Source: Chrysomallon squamiferum
Taxonomy: Eukaryota > Animalia > Mollusca
Assembly (NCBI GenBank): GCA_012295275.1
Contig: CM022676.1
Coordinates: 3,286,001 to 3,350,000, forward strand
Direction of reading: 5' to 3'
Length of the DNA: 64,000 nucleotides
Numbering within the stretch: position 1 is the stretch's first letter; each line of letters opens with the position of its first letter. The translations under genes and the position numbers were made by a program. A model generated the notes under the pieces. The model ran no database searches. It was not told where the DNA came from and worked only from the letters and a program-made list of their open reading frames with translations. Below are positions 1-15,159 of this stretch, piece after piece.

Positions 1-19
1 CACATGGATTCTAAAAATA

Positions 20-88
20 TGTGTTTCCGCTTCACGAATTAGAAAAATGAGTATTACGTTATGCTAGTTGTAGCGGTAATAATAACCG

Positions 89-122
<34 letters not shown>

Positions 123-235
123 AATTAGTAACGTTCGTGACCGCGCTAAATAAGGTTCAGTAAAACGTCATTTCTGATACCTCCATATCACTCACTCGGA
201 AGTTTCGCATCTAAAATGGCGGACAAAATATAGTT
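20..235 (+). promoter_or_regulatory. Promoter-like CpG-containing island (ETS + YY1)
   Basis: AACCGGTT (Grainyhead-type) near 85, CGGAAGT (ETS) at 197-203 and AAAATGGCGG (YY1) at 213-222, with local CpG enrichment. The ATG inside the YY1 site reads only MADKI-stop. Confidence 0.4.
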
Positions 236-523
236 CCTAAAGTAAAGAGTCGAACAATACAGTTTAAAGAACTGTATATATTTACTCATTCAAATCTTTG
301 TGTATGTATTTACATTGGCTAAAAGCAATATAAAATAAAACAGGCTTTTGCTTTTGATTTTAGAATGCCATGCTTGATTCACTGAGTCGTGTTTGTCTAT
401 TTAAAAAAAAAAAATCGATTAAATATAGTCTAGGTTTTAAAGAATGTAAAATGGGGCTTTTGACATCAAACAAATCCTATTTATAGATAAAATTTAATTT
501 TTCGGTAATAAAATTACTATTTA

Positions 524-557
<34 letters not shown>

Positions 558-1335
558 GCAGTAATTACAAATATAGTGAATATTTCTGAATGAGTTAAAA
601 CTAATCATTATTTGATAAAATCAACTTTTGTTTATAATGTTATCGTGATAAACATAGAAAAGTAGCTAGTTAAAGAGTGAGAAAATGAGTAAACATAGGC
701 AAACGAAAGAAACTAAACTATATAATTTACACCTGTTTTGTCTGATTTATTTATTTATTACTTATTTTAATTTTATTTTATTTCATTTTTTAATTTATGT
801 TTTTTATTGTTATTTTATTTCATTTTATTTTGCTTTATCTTTTATATATATATAATATATAATAACAACAAAAGGAGTTCAATGTTTGCTATAAGTTTGT
901 ATTTAGCTGATGTTGCCATTAAAATATTAATATTAATAAACATATTAAACCAGATAAATTGTTATGAATTAAGTTACTTATACAAATACCTTATTCCATG
1001 CTTTCAGAAGTTATTTTTATTTATTTATTTATTTATTGAAAAGTTGATAGAAGTGCTTACACGAGCTGTTTTTGTAAAATAATATTTTTCTATGTATAAA
1101 ATAAATAAATTTGTTGGACACAATGCTACTATTAAAATTAATTTCAATTACGTTTCACGATCAGACAAATTTATTTATTTAATTTAATTTAATTTATTTA
1201 ATTTAATTTAATTTTATTATATTTTATTCACTAAACAAACAAACAAACAAGGTCTTTCCTTTTGCTAGAATTAATTTTTGTTTGTTTATATTTTATTTTG
1301 TTTTTAGTTTATGATTATTTTTATTACTTTTATTA

Positions 1336-1385
<50 letters not shown>

Positions 1386-2387
1386 TGTCTGTTTAGTTAC
1401 TTGCTTACTTACATATTTAATTACTTTTCTAATTTCTTTCTTTATAATAATTATGATTTATTTATGTACTTTTTCATTTAGTAACTTATTAACTTACTAA
1501 CATACTAACATTCGATATTATTTACTTACTTAATTATTCACTTATTTGCTTATTTAACTTATATACTAAACAAAACACGATGTTGTTTAATTATAGGTTT
1601 ATAATTTTATAATATTCTATAAAACTGAAAAACTTTATAGTGTCAATAAAGAAAAAATCTGGTACAAAAGAAATTAAAAAAAATTCTATTAGTAACAAAA
1701 TAAACAACAGAAAACAAATCAACGAATACAAAGAGCAAAAAAAAAAACAAATTGTACATTAATGATGATGATAGTTATTCATGTTGTTGTTTTTTATGAT
1801 GATTGTGATGATGATAATGACTATGTTACTGATAATGTATAATTAAATGATTTCTTAACCGAACGAAATAATTACTTTCTGCTTGATTCGTCAAAAAATG
1901 GATTAAAGTGTAAGTTATGTATCTTGAAGATATATCTGTGATGTTTTTAATTAATAATCATTGATATACTAGCAGTATTATATAATTAATTCTTGTTATT
2001 ATCAATAACATCATTATTTGTGAATTAAATACTTATTTTGATTTGTTTTTCTGTAGTCTTTTTCAGTATTTATATATATATTTTTTTGTTTGTTTGTTAA
2101 TAACAACCGTAAAAACAACAACTCCTAAACAAACAAAAATTAAAAACAAAAAAACAACAACACACAAACGAACCCTACAAAAAAACAACATAAAAAACAC
2201 AACCCCATCAACAACAGTAAAAATAGCTGTGACAAAAACAGTGCTATTACTACTACTGCAACCACCACCATGTCTGCTATTGCTGCTGCTATTACTACTA
2301 ACTGTTGCTGCTGCTGCTACTACTACTACCTGTAATAATAATAATAATAATAATACTAATAATAACAATAATAACAACAACAACAAC

Positions 2388-2423
<36 letters not shown>

Positions 2424-2630
2424 TACAATACTTTTTGCCATTTTGTTAAGAGTTTAAATATAACAAACATCGTTAGACATGGCTCATTAAGTTCATAAGG
2501 AACTATTTTTATATCAACTGCTGAAATTTTGTGAATTTTTATAGAACCATATTGCCAGTGTTGATAACTTAGTACTGAACCCAATATCTGTAGAGTTCCC
2601 ACCCGCTCGTGTGTTTCCCTGCCTTTCCGT

Positions 2631-2671
2631 AGAACATTCTACAGTATTCCAGAAATAATTTCAGCCAATGA
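2631..2671. promoter_or_regulatory. Heat-shock element (gapped) plus CCAAT box
   Basis: In-phase pentamers aGAAc-aTTCt-acagt-aTTCc-aGAAa at 2631-2655, followed by AGCCAATGA (NF-Y consensus) at 2663-2671. Confidence 0.45.
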
Positions 2672-2877
2672 GAAGTTAGTATTTTGTTGTGTCTGAAGAT
2701 ATCTCCATTTATCTTACAGGATCGTCTCCCTTGCTTCTAACCGGAACGCAAAAGGTCAAAAAAAAAGAAAGAAAAAAAAAAGCTTATCAAAGTAAAATTA
2801 TATAATTTTATTTCGAGAGAGCCACTTTTTTTATTTTTTTATTTTCATATATTTTTTATTTTATTTTATTTTTATTA

Positions 2878-2925
<48 letters not shown>

Positions 2926-3925
2926 TTAACTTTTAAAATTAATCTCGAGTTATCTTTTGGAAGTAACCTAAAAAAAAATAAAAAAAAAAATAATAATAAT
3001 AATTTTCTTTTTTTTTAATTCTCTTTTTGCTTAAAATTTCTGAAATAATGACGTATTAGAATTACGAGTGACGTGGCGAAACATTAATTTTGAACGGCTC
3101 AGAATAGATTATAAATGCATATACAAAACAGTGTTTTTCACTCGACCTAATTTCTGTTTCATCTAAAACAATTGTAAGTATGTGTATATTTAATTGCATT
3201 GTTATATCGCTTCCCGTTTTCTGCAAAATGTTTTCGCTAAATTGTACTACGCCTTTCCACCATAATCCATGCTAGAGAGAGGAAACATTTATTATATTAG
3301 AAACTATTTTCTCTACAACAGGGTTTAGTTTGTATATATACACGTAAAAGATTAGTTCTAAAATATATGTAATGCAAATTCTTTTTTTTTTTTGTATTTT
3401 TTCTACGTTATCTGATTTAAACTGTGTTTTTTTTTTGAAAATTTTATTAATTTCTAATATTTTATTTATGGTGGTTTATTGTTATTGTTATTTCTGATAT
3501 TTTTATTACTTATTCATTTATTTATTTATAATCTTTATAATTTATTAATTTGTTTATTTTATACATTTTATTTCATTCGATTATTTACATTTTGACTTTA
3601 TTTTTATATTTTATTTATTTATTTAAATATTTGTTTATTTGTCTATTTATTGAGTTAATTTCCCCAAACACGCCTCAGAATGTGTAACTAAAGTTATAAC
3701 TAAATTTAGTTTACTTGTTTACTTGTTGTTGTTATTGGTGTTGTTTTTGTTGTTATTGTTATTTTGATTTATTTTAATTCTTTTTACTTTATTTTACTAT
3801 TACTATTACCATCATTACCATCATCATCATCATAACCATTACGTAATGTATTTCTAAACTATCTAACAGAACAATGCTACTTTATAATTAATTTTAGCAT
3901 TATTTTGAATAATAATAATAATAAT

Positions 3926-3969
<44 letters not shown>

Positions 3970-4061
3970 CATATAGATTATCATCATTAATTATCAAAAA
4001 AGTATGAATAAATAAATAAATGAAATAAAATAAAGTAATAACTACTGCTGCTACTACAACA

Positions 4062-4095
<34 letters not shown>

Positions 4096-4486
4096 TTACT
4101 ACTACTACTACTACTAATAATAATAATAATCATAACTGCATCGTGCTAGTAACTGCAGTTTTTGTGTTATTTTTAGCATGAACAACGACATAAAAAAAAA
4201 AAGCTAATTTGTAACAGAAACAAATTTATAAAAGTATTTCGACATAAAAGAAACGGGTCATTTTTTAAGATGTATAAAATAATATTTATTTTGTGCTCCG
4301 TTGCCTAAAAAAAACCTATAAATAAATAGAAAAATAAATAGAAATAATAATAATATAAAAATAAAGAGTGAGAGAAAGAAAATTTAGAAGCGATTTATAT
4401 TATTTAACTTTTCTCGTTTTCTTTTTTATTTATTATTATTATTTTTAATTTAACTGTTTATCTTTAGTGTGTTCTGTTCTAGTCTC

Positions 4487-4521
<35 letters not shown>

Positions 4522-4670
4522 CGTATTTATATAACACTACGTTAATATAACTCATTAGCTACTTTTTCGCCATGTTTTTTGCTTATTTATTCTTAGTAGT
4601 TAATATAACTGAAAATATAACGTAGTATTTTTCTTAAATTAAAACATTCTGGGTTTTTTGTATGTGTGAG

Positions 4671-4744
<74 letters not shown>

Positions 4745-4824
4745 CATTTTTGTTGTGTTACTTTTATTGTCGCTATTGAATGATACTCCTTTTCTGCTGA
4801 CAATTGTTTTTGAATTTATGATCC

Positions 4825-4860
<36 letters not shown>

Positions 4861-5073
4861 GTCTTTCATTTTATTTTATTTTAAATGTTTTTGTATTTTA
4901 AGATCAATTTTTCTTAATTTTTATTTGCTTTCTTAAATTCGATCACTTACTGTAACCTTAATCAGATATTTTAAATATCGATATTTTAATTTTTATGTAA
5001 ATCTTTTCATATTTGTTTAATATTGTTTTTTTTATTCTGCTTAAAAAATACGCATATTTGGTTTTGTTATGAT

Positions 5074-5108
<35 letters not shown>

Positions 5109-5177
5109 TGTACATATGTATATCTGCATATGTGTTTATTTATTATTTAATTTTAATATATTAAGGAATGTGTGTGT

Positions 5178-5234
<57 letters not shown>

Positions 5235-5285
5235 TAAACGGAAGTACATATATAAATTGTAATAGGAATCTTGGGGAAAAAATAA

Positions 5286-5328
<43 letters not shown>

Positions 5329-5740
5329 CTGAAGGAATAACTGATACAATGTATTCAATTTTGTTATTTAAATATTTTAATAATATGTAAACAAATTATA
5401 GGTAATTAGTATTTAATTATTAAATACCTATGTTGTAAAATATATTATTGTGAATTATTTGTTCAGATTGTTCAGCAGCAGCAACAACAACAGTAACAGT
5501 AACAACAACAACAATAGCAACAGCAACAGCAACAACAATTATCTTAACGATTCTGAACTTAATTTCTATGTAACTTTCTTATCATAATTATAAAGAAAAT
5601 CAGTCATCAGAAATAAATATTATTATCACTTTTATTATTGTTGTTCATATTATTGTTGATGTTGTTGTTGTTCTTCTTATTATTATTATTACTATTCATA
5701 CTGCTATTGCTACTGCTATTACTACTACTACTATTAGTAC

Positions 5741-5790
<50 letters not shown>

Positions 5791-6270
5791 GATATTAACA
5801 TATGTGCCGATATACGAAAGTAATTTTTTTATATATATTTTTATTCATTAGCAGACATGAATATTCATAGCAAAAGCTTACTAGTGCGTTGTTTATTGTA
5901 TTTCAAATTTAATTGCTATTTTTGTAATTAGCACTGGAAGTTTTTCTGCTGAAAAATCTCCAATATTCACTCATAATTATTTTTTTCTTTAAATTCTAAA
6001 ACTGCATCCAGATCAACTATAAGTAAAGATAATATATTCGTATTAGTGATTTTAATTTTATTACTGTCGTTTTAAAATTTAAAAAAAACAAATGTTCAAG
6101 TAAGAAGGTCATGGAAGAGTTTTTTCATTACAGATTTATTCTTTTTAAATAATGTATACTAATTTATGACATTTAAATAAGTAGTTTTGCAGTAAAATGA
6201 CATTTTATCCTACTAATATGTTTATGACACCATTTATTTTATTTTCTCGAGACGTACATACCTTATTTAA

Positions 6271-6334
<64 letters not shown>

Positions 6335-6845
6335 GCTAGTATTATATATATAAAAAAAAAAAAAATAGATTGAAAGTAAAAAGCAGTTGTATTAGGAATA
6401 TTTTTTTAAATAAACAAAGTAATTTTTAAATTTCTATTTTACGATATAAGTAGTGATAATAATACCAGTACGGGTAGTAGTAGTAGTAATAGCAATTACA
6501 ACAATAACAATAATAACAACAACAATAATAAAGCATAATTATCATAGGTTTTAAAAATCGGATATATTTAGTAACACTTGTATATGTAATATTATTTTTA
6601 ATACTAAGACGTCAACCTGAAATGAATATTCACGATTATAATAATACACAAATATAAATTAAGAAACAGTATTTACATAATTAAATGCCTTAACAAAGTT
6701 ACAGATTTCATATCTTCTCACTTTTCACAAATATATATTACGAAATAAATAAATAGGTAAGAAATATATCCGTTAAATAAACAAGAAAACCAAATAACCT
6801 TGCGTGCGTGTGTGTACGTGTGTGTATGCAGGTTTGCTTATAGAT

Positions 6846-7166
6846 CAGAGGTTTTTAAACTGTGGTAAGCGTACCCCGGGGGACACGCGATTTGTCACCA
6901 GGGGGTACGTCATCAAAAATTCAGTAATGGCGGATGCAAAAAGTAAAAACCGTATGCCACGATAAAAATTACAGTCATTCTCTGCCAACCAGTTTTATTT
7001 TTTTAATATTTTTTTAATTATTATTATTTTATTTATTTATTTTTTTTTTCAAAAATAATGATTTTATATTATATTAATCCAGTTTTACGATATTTACAAA
7101 AGAATATGCATCAACGAAATACTTTCTCAAAGGGATACGGTTAGAAAAGAAATTGAAAACATCTAG
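6846..7166. mobile_element. Degenerate non-autonomous hAT (Charlie-like) MITE, ~320 bp
   Basis: The left end CAGAGGTTTTTAAACTGTGGTAAGCGTACCCC..GGGGGTACG resembles hAT-Charlie termini and subtermini. The right end GGGATACG..AAATTGAAAACATCTAG is a decayed inverted copy. No clean 8-bp TSD is visible. Confidence 0.6.
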
Positions 7167-7230
7167 TCTTAAATGAAATAATTAATTATGTATGTAGTAA
7201 TTATGTACTATTTAAATAGTTGAAAAAAAC

Positions 7231-7292
<62 letters not shown>

Positions 7293-7350
7293 TGATAATA
7301 ATATAAATAATATAATAATATTATTATTGTTGTTGTTGTCATTATTATTT

Positions 7351-7387
<37 letters not shown>

Positions 7388-7624
7388 TACTACTACTACT
7401 ACTACTACTGTAATGTTAAAATAACACACTGTACATTATATACTGAAATTTTACACAAAGTAAATTTAGTTTCCATGTTAATATTTTCGTTCTCTAACAA
7501 AATTATTTCAAACTTGACAATGAAACCTGATAACAAAGACTATTTTAAAATTTTATATATGTACATTTTTAACAATAGCATGAATAAATACATAAAATAC
7601 AGAAATAGATTAATATTCATCTAC

Positions 7625-7865
7625 CTTCAGCACGTGATAGTTCAAACGAAGTCAAAAAAAAAAAAAAAGATTGTGAAAACTCTTGTTAAATTTCAAATTG
7701 TCGTGACATACTTAGAGATAGTTGGAGGCGTGGCTAACTTTTGAGACGGAGGTCGAAGGTTGTATTCTGATAGCACGTGACATACAAGCGTGCCATTCCG
7801 ATTGGTGCTTTCAAGATTCGGACGTTAGGAAATTACCATATTTTATTTTTAAGATTCGCGCATTG
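7625..7865. promoter_or_regulatory. Enhancer/promoter-like motif cluster
   Basis: CACGTG at 7631 and 7774 (both GCACGTGA), an Sp/KLF-type AGGCGTGGC at 7726-7734 and an inverted CCAAT (ATTGG) at 7801, in a CpG-containing patch. Confidence 0.45.
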
Positions 7866-7892
7866 ATAAATTAGTGTTTTATAAACACTTTA

Positions 7893-7950
<58 letters not shown>

Positions 7951-8301
7951 AAACAAATAAATAAATAAATAATGTTTTCTTTAAATTAACAAAATTCCCT
8001 CACTAATGTGTGCTATAATTAAACGATGCGCGCGCCCTCACAGACATGTGACTTATTATCACGCACTCGTAAATTATATAATTGTAAGAAATTAGTATTG
8101 AAAAAATAATAATGAAAAATAAACAAAAAAAAAAAACAAAAGAAAAAAAATTATTATGAAAGACACAAAAACTAAAACAAGAGGGGAAAGAAAAATCCGC
8201 TGCTTTAAAATAGAATTACGTTAATAAAAAGTAATAAATGTAGTAGTAGTAGTAGTAGTAGCAGCAATAACAACAGTACAAGCAGTAGCAGTTGTAGATT
8301 T

Positions 8302-8335
<34 letters not shown>

Positions 8336-8447
8336 AAGTAGTAGTAGTATAATCCATAAAATAAAAGCCACAACAAAATAAATACTCAAAAGAAACAAAC
8401 TGCATAAACTGTTTCTTATGTTGACAATCTCTTTTGCTTGTCTTCAT

Positions 8448-8494
<47 letters not shown>

Positions 8495-8721
8495 TTATTT
8501 ATATTTGTTAATTTCAACGATTTACCTAGTAACTGTATGTAATCAGTCTGTACTTTAAAAATAAACTTAATTTAAATAATCTATTTCTCTCGAAAGCTTA
8601 TAATAAACTTAATAAACAAATAAAATATATTGTTATATACTTAAATTCAAAACTAAAATAAACTAATATAAAATAATCTATTACATTTAAAATTTAATTT
8701 TTTTTAAAAATAATAATAATA

Positions 8722-8766
<45 letters not shown>

Positions 8767-9187
8767 CATAAACAAGAACTAAAATATTGAAATAAAATAA
8801 ATAAAATTACATAAATTATTTTTTCGTAGAAAGCAGTAGAAATGAATTCAGTTAATATAAAATATTCTTTTGTACCTAACGTTCAAAAAATAAATTCGGT
8901 TAACATGTGATATAGGAAATTATAAAAAAAATTAGGTAAATTAACATAAAATATTCTAAAGCGACATAAACTTACATAAAACATTTTGTTGTATATAAAT
9001 TAAAGTGAATTTAAATTAAATGTGTGTGTGTGTGTGTGTGTGTGTGCGTACATGTGTAATATGCAAATAAAAGTTTTAACGGTAAGATTAAGTACAGATT
9101 AGTAAAATATACATCCAATAATAGAGTATAAAGATTTTAATATAAAATTATGCAGTAAAGCAAATTTTAGATTCATATTAATTCACA

Positions 9188-9293
<106 letters not shown>

Positions 9294-9468
9294 ATTCATT
9301 ACACTTGTCACATACGTTATATTTAACGGTATGTCTAAGTCTAAATTGATGTATTACATTTATTTTTAATATTGCAAGTTTTATATAGATGTAATACATA
9401 AATATAACTTGTACAAATTAATTTACGTCATTTCCTCCTCAGATTTTCATTTACTTTATTTATTTAAA

Positions 9469-9511
<43 letters not shown>

Positions 9512-10349
9512 GTTGTTATTATTATCATTGTTGTTGTTGTTATTGCCCATGCCGTTTCTTTTGTCTGTCTATTAAAAAAATTAATTAATAATTTCACAAC
9601 AGTAGTAATAATTTGCATTATACATTTGTACATTTTTTAATTATCTTAAATTATTTTCAATATATTTAAGATATTTCGACGTTGCATTTAATTATTATTA
9701 TTATTTATTTAATTATTTTATTTTATTTTTTTTTTTTTTTATTCTATTCTATTCTATTCTAATTTTTTTAATTTTTTTTATTGTTATTGATATTATTTTT
9801 AAAAAAAATAAAGGTAACAAATATAATATGCTTAAGAGGCAAGAAAAAATAATAAATAAAATATAAAATAAAATAATATAATAACAATAAATAAATAAAC
9901 AAACAGAACAAAAAAATAAAAGTGAGGGGTAATGTTTTAACTTTTTAAAATTTATTTTTAAATATTATTTACTTTATTTTATAAAATATGGATCATGATC
10001 GTTACTATTTATTATTTTTATTGTTATCGTGATAATAATCATAATCATTACAATAAAAATATTTATTTTCACGTACCAAAAAATTTTAGCAAAAATTTGA
10101 GTATTTATAACGCCTATCGGTTCTAATCTATAATAACATTACTTTTCATTGATTTTTTAATATATTTTATATTCAGCAAATAATAATATTTAAAAACAAA
10201 AATAATAATAATAATAATTAAATAAATAAATAAATAAATAAATAAAAGAAGTAAATACCTGTTTATTATATTACTGAAATAATTTTTAATGTTTTTTTTT
10301 AATTAATTAATTAATTTATTTATTTATTTTTATTTATTTATTTATTATT

Positions 10350-10387
<38 letters not shown>

Positions 10388-10864
10388 ATATATACATTAT
10401 ATTTTTATTTTCGTTGTTTTTATAACAATTTATAATATTATGAAATTATTTTTAATACACATTTAATCACATAATTTTAATATAGACTTTTTTTAAAATA
10501 TTTTTTGGTTCCATAAACAGAAATGTTCACGACTTTAAAACCCTTAACAACTGTACAATTTACTGTAACTGGATCATAACGTGTTGAAATTATTTTTACA
10601 ATAATAATAACGTAATAGAATAGTCAGAAAATATTAAAACCTAACACTGTAAATGAACGGTTAATAACAGTAACTTGAAACATACACAATGTCGTGTTGA
10701 TTGTAAAAATGTTTTGTGCCGTACACAAAACTGAATTATCTTTTTCTTTAATTTCATTCTACCCTTCCAAACATACATGCATATATACATAATTATACAG
10801 CATGCATTGTTATTATTGCTGCTGCTGCTGCTGCTGCTGTTGTTGTTGTTGTTGTTGTTATTAA

Positions 10865-10922
<58 letters not shown>

Positions 10923-11624
10923 GTTATTGTTATAGTTATTGTTCTTCTTATTATTATTATCAACCAAATCATTATTATTATATATATATTTAGATAACAA
11001 AACTATAGGTTTATGTTGCAGTGTGCTAACAAGATAGCAAATAATCGAGTTTTAAAAACTATAAATTATAATCTTTTAAGCCCATCAATTATAATTATTT
11101 AATTAAGATATAATGTTTTTATTTTTAATTTTTTAATTTTTTTTAAATTTTAACTTTAATTTATTTATTTATTTTAGCTGCATAACTGGGGGTAATATGA
11201 AAAATAAATTACTTAATAAATTAATACATATGTGTGTGTATATGTGTATATATAAATATAACAAATTTAATAAAACTGATATTAAAATTGAAATAATAAC
11301 AATAACAAAAATAATAATAAATAAATCGATTTAAACCAATAAAATACAAAACAACAAACTCAGCCATATAATTATTGACAGTTGTATCAACGACAGTAGC
11401 AACAAAAGCATAAACAACAACAGCGCCAACTTCATGTCGAAAACAGACACCATGACGACGGTAACGTCAACACTGATGCACAACATTTGTGTCTGTCCAA
11501 TGTCGACAACATAACGACGACGTCATAACAGTCAACAGTAACACAGATACATAACAGCGCCAATTCAGTGTCAATCTGACGTTGACAAAGGTAGTAACAA
11601 CAAAAGTAAATACAAAAATAACAT

Positions 11625-11795
11625 CACAGTGACAACTGCTATGACATTAACAGTAGTAGAAAAATCCAACAACATCATCATACTGAGAGCGGTGATGACA
11701 TTAACAGTAGCAGAAAAGTAACAACAACAACAACAACAACGTTACGGGGTGACAGTGGCTATGAAATTAGCAGTAGTAGTAGAAAAGTAACACAA
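11625..11795. repeat. Degenerate tandem repeat, 3 copies of ~55-65 bp
   Basis: The core ATGACATTAACAGTAG(T/C)AGAAAA recurs at about 11641, 11695 and 11761, inside a CAA-rich low-complexity block (11380-11990). Confidence 0.75.
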
Positions 11796-12244
11796 TGTCA
11801 ACAACGTCATTTGGCAACTGCAGTCACATAAAAAAAAAAAAAAAAAAAAAAACAACATACACACCACCAACAACGACACATTGCATTCGTAATAACTGTA
11901 ACGAAAGCAGACATAACAACGTTAATTCTGATATTAACAACGGCAATAACATGAACAGTTACACAAAGTCACAACGACGTTGACAACCTCGTTATAACGT
12001 GATTTATAGAAAGTAGCGGTCAGCACGCAAATATTACATAAAGATATTATCTGTACAGCACGTGTTAGTAACACGAAACCTTGCTCAAGTTTGAACACTG
12101 ATAAGTAAAGCACGTGTTTATTTATTTATATATTTGTGTACTTTTTACTTATTTATTTATTTAGTTGCCAGATTTGTTTGTAAATTAGTTATTTGCTTGA
12201 TGACCTTCTTTTGTTTCGTTTGTTCCCTTTATTTATTTTTGTAG

Positions 12245-12375
12245 TAGTTGTTGTAATAGACTAGTGGTAGTTGTAGTGGTAGAAGTAGTTGTAGTAATAT
12301 ACTAGTAGTAGTGGTAGTGGTAGAAGTAGTTGTAGTAATAGACTAGTAGTAGTGGTAATGGTAGAAGTATTAGTA
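12245..12375. repeat. 41-bp minisatellite, ~3 copies, built from (GTA)n
   Basis: The unit AGAAGTAGTTGTAGTAATA(G/T)ACTAGTAGTAGTGGTAGTGGT repeats with period 41. Confidence 0.85.
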
Positions 12376-12524
12376 ATAGCAAAAGTAGTAGTAGTAGAAG
12401 TAGTAGTAATGATGATGATAACAACAACAACAATAATAATTATAATAATAACAATAATAATAACAATAACAATGATGATGATGATGATAATAATAATAAT
12501 TATTATTATTATTATTATTTCTGT

Positions 12525-12584
<60 letters not shown>

Positions 12585-13050
12585 CTATCTATACACATGA
12601 TAGTCAAATTAAAGGTATTAAAAAGAGAACATTATATCTGCTGTGATGCTATTAAACGAGTACCCCTCCTCTCTACCTCTCCTTATTCATGACAAGAAAA
12701 GACGTACGGAATTTTTACAATACACAGTTTTATACACGTGTGCTATTCACAAACACTGACACTAATCTCTCATGTGGGTTTCTTCTCTAGCCAGGTGCGA
12801 CAACAATAAGTAAAATTAGACAAATAACAAATCTAAGCAAAGCAACACAACGGTTTGTATTGTTTTACAGTCCATCTACCCGCTATAAAAATAAAGACAG
12901 TTTTTATCTGGCAAATGCAGTTAAATCATTCGTCAAGACGACAGTAAAACTTTGCATTTGTTGCAGTCTGTTTCTGTTGTCTTAGTTGTCTATGTTGTTG
13001 TTAACTTGGAGATTTTACTTTTTTATTTATTTATTTATTTATTTAATTTT

Positions 13051-13097
<47 letters not shown>

Positions 13098-13329
13098 TTA
13101 TTATTATTATTATTTTTATTTTTTTTTTAATCTCATTTTATTTATTTATTTATTATTATTATTATTTTTATTATTATTATTTAAATCTTATTTAATTTAT
13201 TTATTTATTCATTCATTCATTCATTCATTCTTTTGTTTGTTTGTTTGTTTATTTATTTATTTAATAACTACCTCCTTCAGTAGTTTCAATACTGTATCTT
13301 AGCATCTGTATGTAATTGATGATGTTCAT

Positions 13330-13360
<31 letters not shown>

Positions 13361-13479
13361 TTTTAAAATATTATTTTACTTTATGATTTTTTAAAAATAT
13401 TTTAATGTTTGTTAATATATATTATTCTATCATTTTTTTTTATTGTCATTTTAATCATTTAAATTTTTGTTATTACTTT

Positions 13480-13521
<42 letters not shown>

Positions 13522-14013
13522 GTTGTTGTTTATTATTGTTTTTGTTTGTTTTTTAATTTTTAATTTCGTTTAGTTTAAATAATAATAATTTCAAGGATAC
13601 TAAAAAGAAGATAAAAAAGAATGAAATAGTTATTTTCATGCTGTTACATCATTCTCTATCTTTTTTTTTAATAACCTTGATTTTTATTACTGCTGATAAT
13701 GTTATCATCATCATTATCATCATAATAATTATTATTAATATTTGTAATTTGTCATTTTTTTCTTTTATTTTGTATTCTTGTTCTTCCTTTTTCTTCAATT
13801 ATTATTATTATTATTAATATTATTATTATGATTATTATTATTATTATTATTGCTGTTGTTGTTGTTGTTGTAACTGTTATTGTTATTGTTATTATTATTA
13901 CTATTATTATTTACAAAATGTCAAGTAACTGAATAAAAATAAAATCAATACACAACTTCAAAGAATTTTATTATTATTATTATTTTTATTATTTTATTTT
14001 TATTATTATTATT

Positions 14014-14288
14014 ATTACTAACTAATCATATTTTAGTATGCAAAACAAAAAAATATTAGGAATAAAATAAAAAGAAGATGAAGAAAACAAAGAAAAAGAA
14101 ACGAGGGAATAGTTGTAGTTAAATGAATACATTTTTTATTTTATTTTATTTTATTTTTGACTTTCTGGGTAAATGTATAACTAATTCAGTAAATAAACGT
14201 TTAACTAACCGATTCATCAATCTTGATCAATTATGGGATAAACAGAAAAATGAATGAATGAATGATGAATGGACGAATTAACGAATTT
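14014..14288 (+). repeat. Diverged direct repeat, copy 1 (~270 bp)
   Basis: Colinear with 15461-15719. Shared blocks include CATATTTTAG.ATGCA, AAATATTAGGAAT, CTAATTCAGTAAATAAACGTTTAACTA and GAATGATGAATGGACGAATT. Confidence 0.9.
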
Positions 14289-14312
14289 TTTAACAGGAAC
14301 GGAACAAACAAG

Positions 14313-14365
<53 letters not shown>

Positions 14366-14568
14366 CAATAAATAAATGATAATAAATAAATAAATAAAAA
14401 AAAAAAATAAACAAAAAAGACTCTTAATAAATGCTTTTTAGAAACAAAACAAGAACGAGCGAGTAACAATGTTAAGGAAGATTTCAAAAACGGGGTTACA
14501 ATCAGTACAAAGGACACAACCTTCAAAATGAAACAGTATAAAATAACAAGAAAAATGAAATACCATTC

Positions 14569-14613
<45 letters not shown>

Positions 14614-14640
14614 AAAAATGGGAGATGGACACACGCTTAC

Positions 14641-14700
14641 CACTCAGGGAACGTGCGTGACGTCATGTACATACGACAAGTTAACAAGCTGTAAGATGTA
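14641..14700 (-). other. Candidate minus-strand exon (60 nt; alternative acceptor gives 48 nt)
   Basis: On the minus strand the acceptor is ccatttcag| (or catcttacag| at 14688) and the donor is GTG|GTAAGC. One frame is open (TSYSLLTCRMYMTSRTFPE). It also contains a full CRE, so it may be regulatory instead. Confidence 0.3.
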
Positions 14701-15046
14701 CTGAAATGGTTTATGACACGCAAATATAACATAAAAATTTGTACAGCATTCCACTGACTGATCATAGCTGAAATGTGATCCACAAGATTTGTTTTTCACT
14801 TTTACTCTTTTTACCCTTTTATGTATTTAAAAAAGAAAAGTGATTTTACTTTTAGTCCTTTTGGGGAAGAAAAAAAAAAAAAAAAAAGAAAAGAAAATTG
14901 AAACAGTTGAAAAGAAAAAAGAAACAAAGACAAGAAAGTAAAGAAAAAATGTATCGTATAGTCTGCGTATGTGTAACTATGCGTTTATTTTTCAGCTTAT
15001 TTAAAAAAAAAGAGAGAACAAATAACAACTACTACAACAAAAACGT

Positions 15047-15078
<32 letters not shown>

Positions 15079-15128
15079 AGAAGATGATGAAGAAAAGATT
15101 AACTCAAAAATTATAACCTACATCTAGA

Positions 15129-15159
<31 letters not shown>

